From Eledone cirrhosa (lineage: Eukaryota), in contig OZ024741.1 in the NCBI GenBank assembly GCA_964016885.1, forward strand, positions 315,518,001-315,582,000: a stretch of DNA of 64,000 bases, written 5' to 3'. The position numbers were made by a program, and so were the translations under genes. Shown here one piece after another: positions 61,841 through 64,000 of the stretch. The notes below the pieces were generated by a model. That model saw nothing but the letters and a program-made list of their open reading frames with translations, made no database searches and was not told where the DNA came from. Each line of letters starts with the position of its first letter. Positions within the stretch are counted from its first letter, which is position 1.

Positions 61841-63528
61841 ATGGCAAACTATAAAATTATAGTAAAACTATAATATTCTCGAAATATAATATTATGGTAA
61901 AACTATAATATTCTCGAAAAGCAAACGATTTCTTTTTTAATTACAGTCTCTGTTATGTGCATTTTATACATTTTATATTATTTCCCTAAATGTCATGAAT
62001 TTACGTAGATAAGACCTGTAGATGATAAGGATATCCACCGAGCGACGAATTCCAGAGGACTCTATATTGTGGAGGGAACGGGCTGTATGTAGTGATTTAT
62101 GTGGACACTATGGTGGAGGACGATACACAGAATACACACACACACAAATACACACACGCACGCACACGCACACATATATATACCGATGTTACATTGAGCA
62201 GTGGAGAAGACGTCTGACCCTACCTTAACTAGTATAGGCATAATCTGTTGATTCTCCAAAAACTCCAGCTGATCTGGCAAATAGCAGATTGGGCATACTA
62301 AGATTTGGGAGTCTAAAATTGTAGGGACACTTGGACACAAGGACAGTGTTTTGTCCCCTTCTGGGCGCTTGTCCTATATCGATCTTTCGGTTGTTATACT
62401 TTTTATTGTAGATGTGCATTATAATCCCACCCTAGGTTTATTTAAACAGCACAGAGGCTGCATCATGAGCTTAACGGAGCTGTCGTAATATAGAGCTTAC
62501 TGAGTTGATATAGCAGTAATGATAATGTGAGCAGTCTGATGTGACTTGCACGATTGGTTTGTTATCTAAAAATGAACCTGCACACCATCTAACAGGCCTT
62601 AATTAAAGTACCAAGCCCTAGGAACATTGCGCAGTTGCTTAAAACATGCATAACACCGCTAGATTTGCCAGTGAAATTCATTTTATTTTGATGGCCGAGA
62701 CATGCGTCACTATAGTTTGTTGCTGGATTTTAGAAATATGTTAGAGGAAAACTATATTAGTAAATAGGAATCCACTATCGATCTAGATGCAGGGTAAATT
62801 TGTAGTTTAATTATTTACCTATAATAATTACCTTCAGTTCCGATAGATTAAATTAATAACAATTATTATAATATTGTGGTTTCATATGTATATTTTGGTA
62901 CAGACTTTCGCTGAGCATTCTAATATATAAATCTAAGCCAAAAAAGATATTTGTTTAATCATCTATCTTTCTCTATTTATTTATTGATATCTCATTGTAT
63001 TCTCTTATGATATAAATAAGATTAATAGCAGGGTTTTACGGTTAGAGATTTTTTTAATTTGTGTACCGTTGGAAATCTTCTTATCAAGAAGAATTAATTT
63101 AAACTTGAATTCCTACGAAATTATCAATCTCCTTTCACATTTTTTATTTTTTGTATATTTTTATACACCCTACGCTATTGACTAACTACTGTCCTTTGCT
63201 TGTCAATATGCAAACTAAAATTCTCATGTATATTTAATCATATGTCTGTTAATGTACGGATGAACAGAAGTACTAAATTGTGACATACCGTCATTAACAC
63301 CGTTTCTGATTTGCTGTTGCTTTTGAATGTGCTTGTAATTTGGCAATATATTAATTGATAGAGTTTGAAGTTATCTCTCTTGAAACGTATACCAATATAT
63401 AAATTACTGATGATATGTAGAGCATTGGACATATACCGCATAAATATCGTGGTATGGTCCACCGCTATACATTGAAACATGTAGAATTACAATTATACTT
63501 TAATGGTAACTTGGTTATTCTCCACCCC

Positions 63529-63910
<382 letters not shown>

Positions 63911-64000
63911 AATATGTATATATATAATTAGAATCAAAAGAGCGCTCAGCGACCTGTATAGATTATTAAAAGATCGACGGTCATAATCAGTTGATTCAGG

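Overview
Repeat-saturated, AT-rich eukaryotic DNA with no confident host gene. It is probably from an octopod cephalopod; this is inferred from the abundant tRNA-derived SINE and the (TA)n/(CA)n density. Contents: (1) one apparently complete autonomous Helitron (6803-13502) with an intact intronless 1712-aa Rep/Helicase ORF. (2) About 12 decayed Penelope-like retroelements (PLEs; RT plus GIY-YIG, with Hydra-, Neptune-, Nematis- and Poseidon-like motif sets), most with inverted pseudo-LTRs and most sitting in (TA)n. (3) A young GC-rich Tx1/L1-clade LINE (about 55600-58945), RTE-type LINE fragments, SINEs and MITEs. The most notable signal is a set of at least five different NON-CODING families. 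Each carries a type I hammerhead ribozyme (HHR) and is present as a slightly more-than-unit-length, circularly permuted monomer (units about 310, 323-341, 416, 484 and 717 nt), often with an inverted partial copy. This is the footprint expected of retrozyme-like circular RNAs copied by PLE reverse transcriptase into TA microsatellites. Related observations: HHR core variants (U3:A8, U4A), an octamer/CCAAT-like cassette at near-identical spacing from the ribozyme in two families, breakpoints clustering at the ribozyme, and PLE derivatives that share identical inversion junctions. All ribozyme folds were assigned by eye and need computational and biochemical confirmation.
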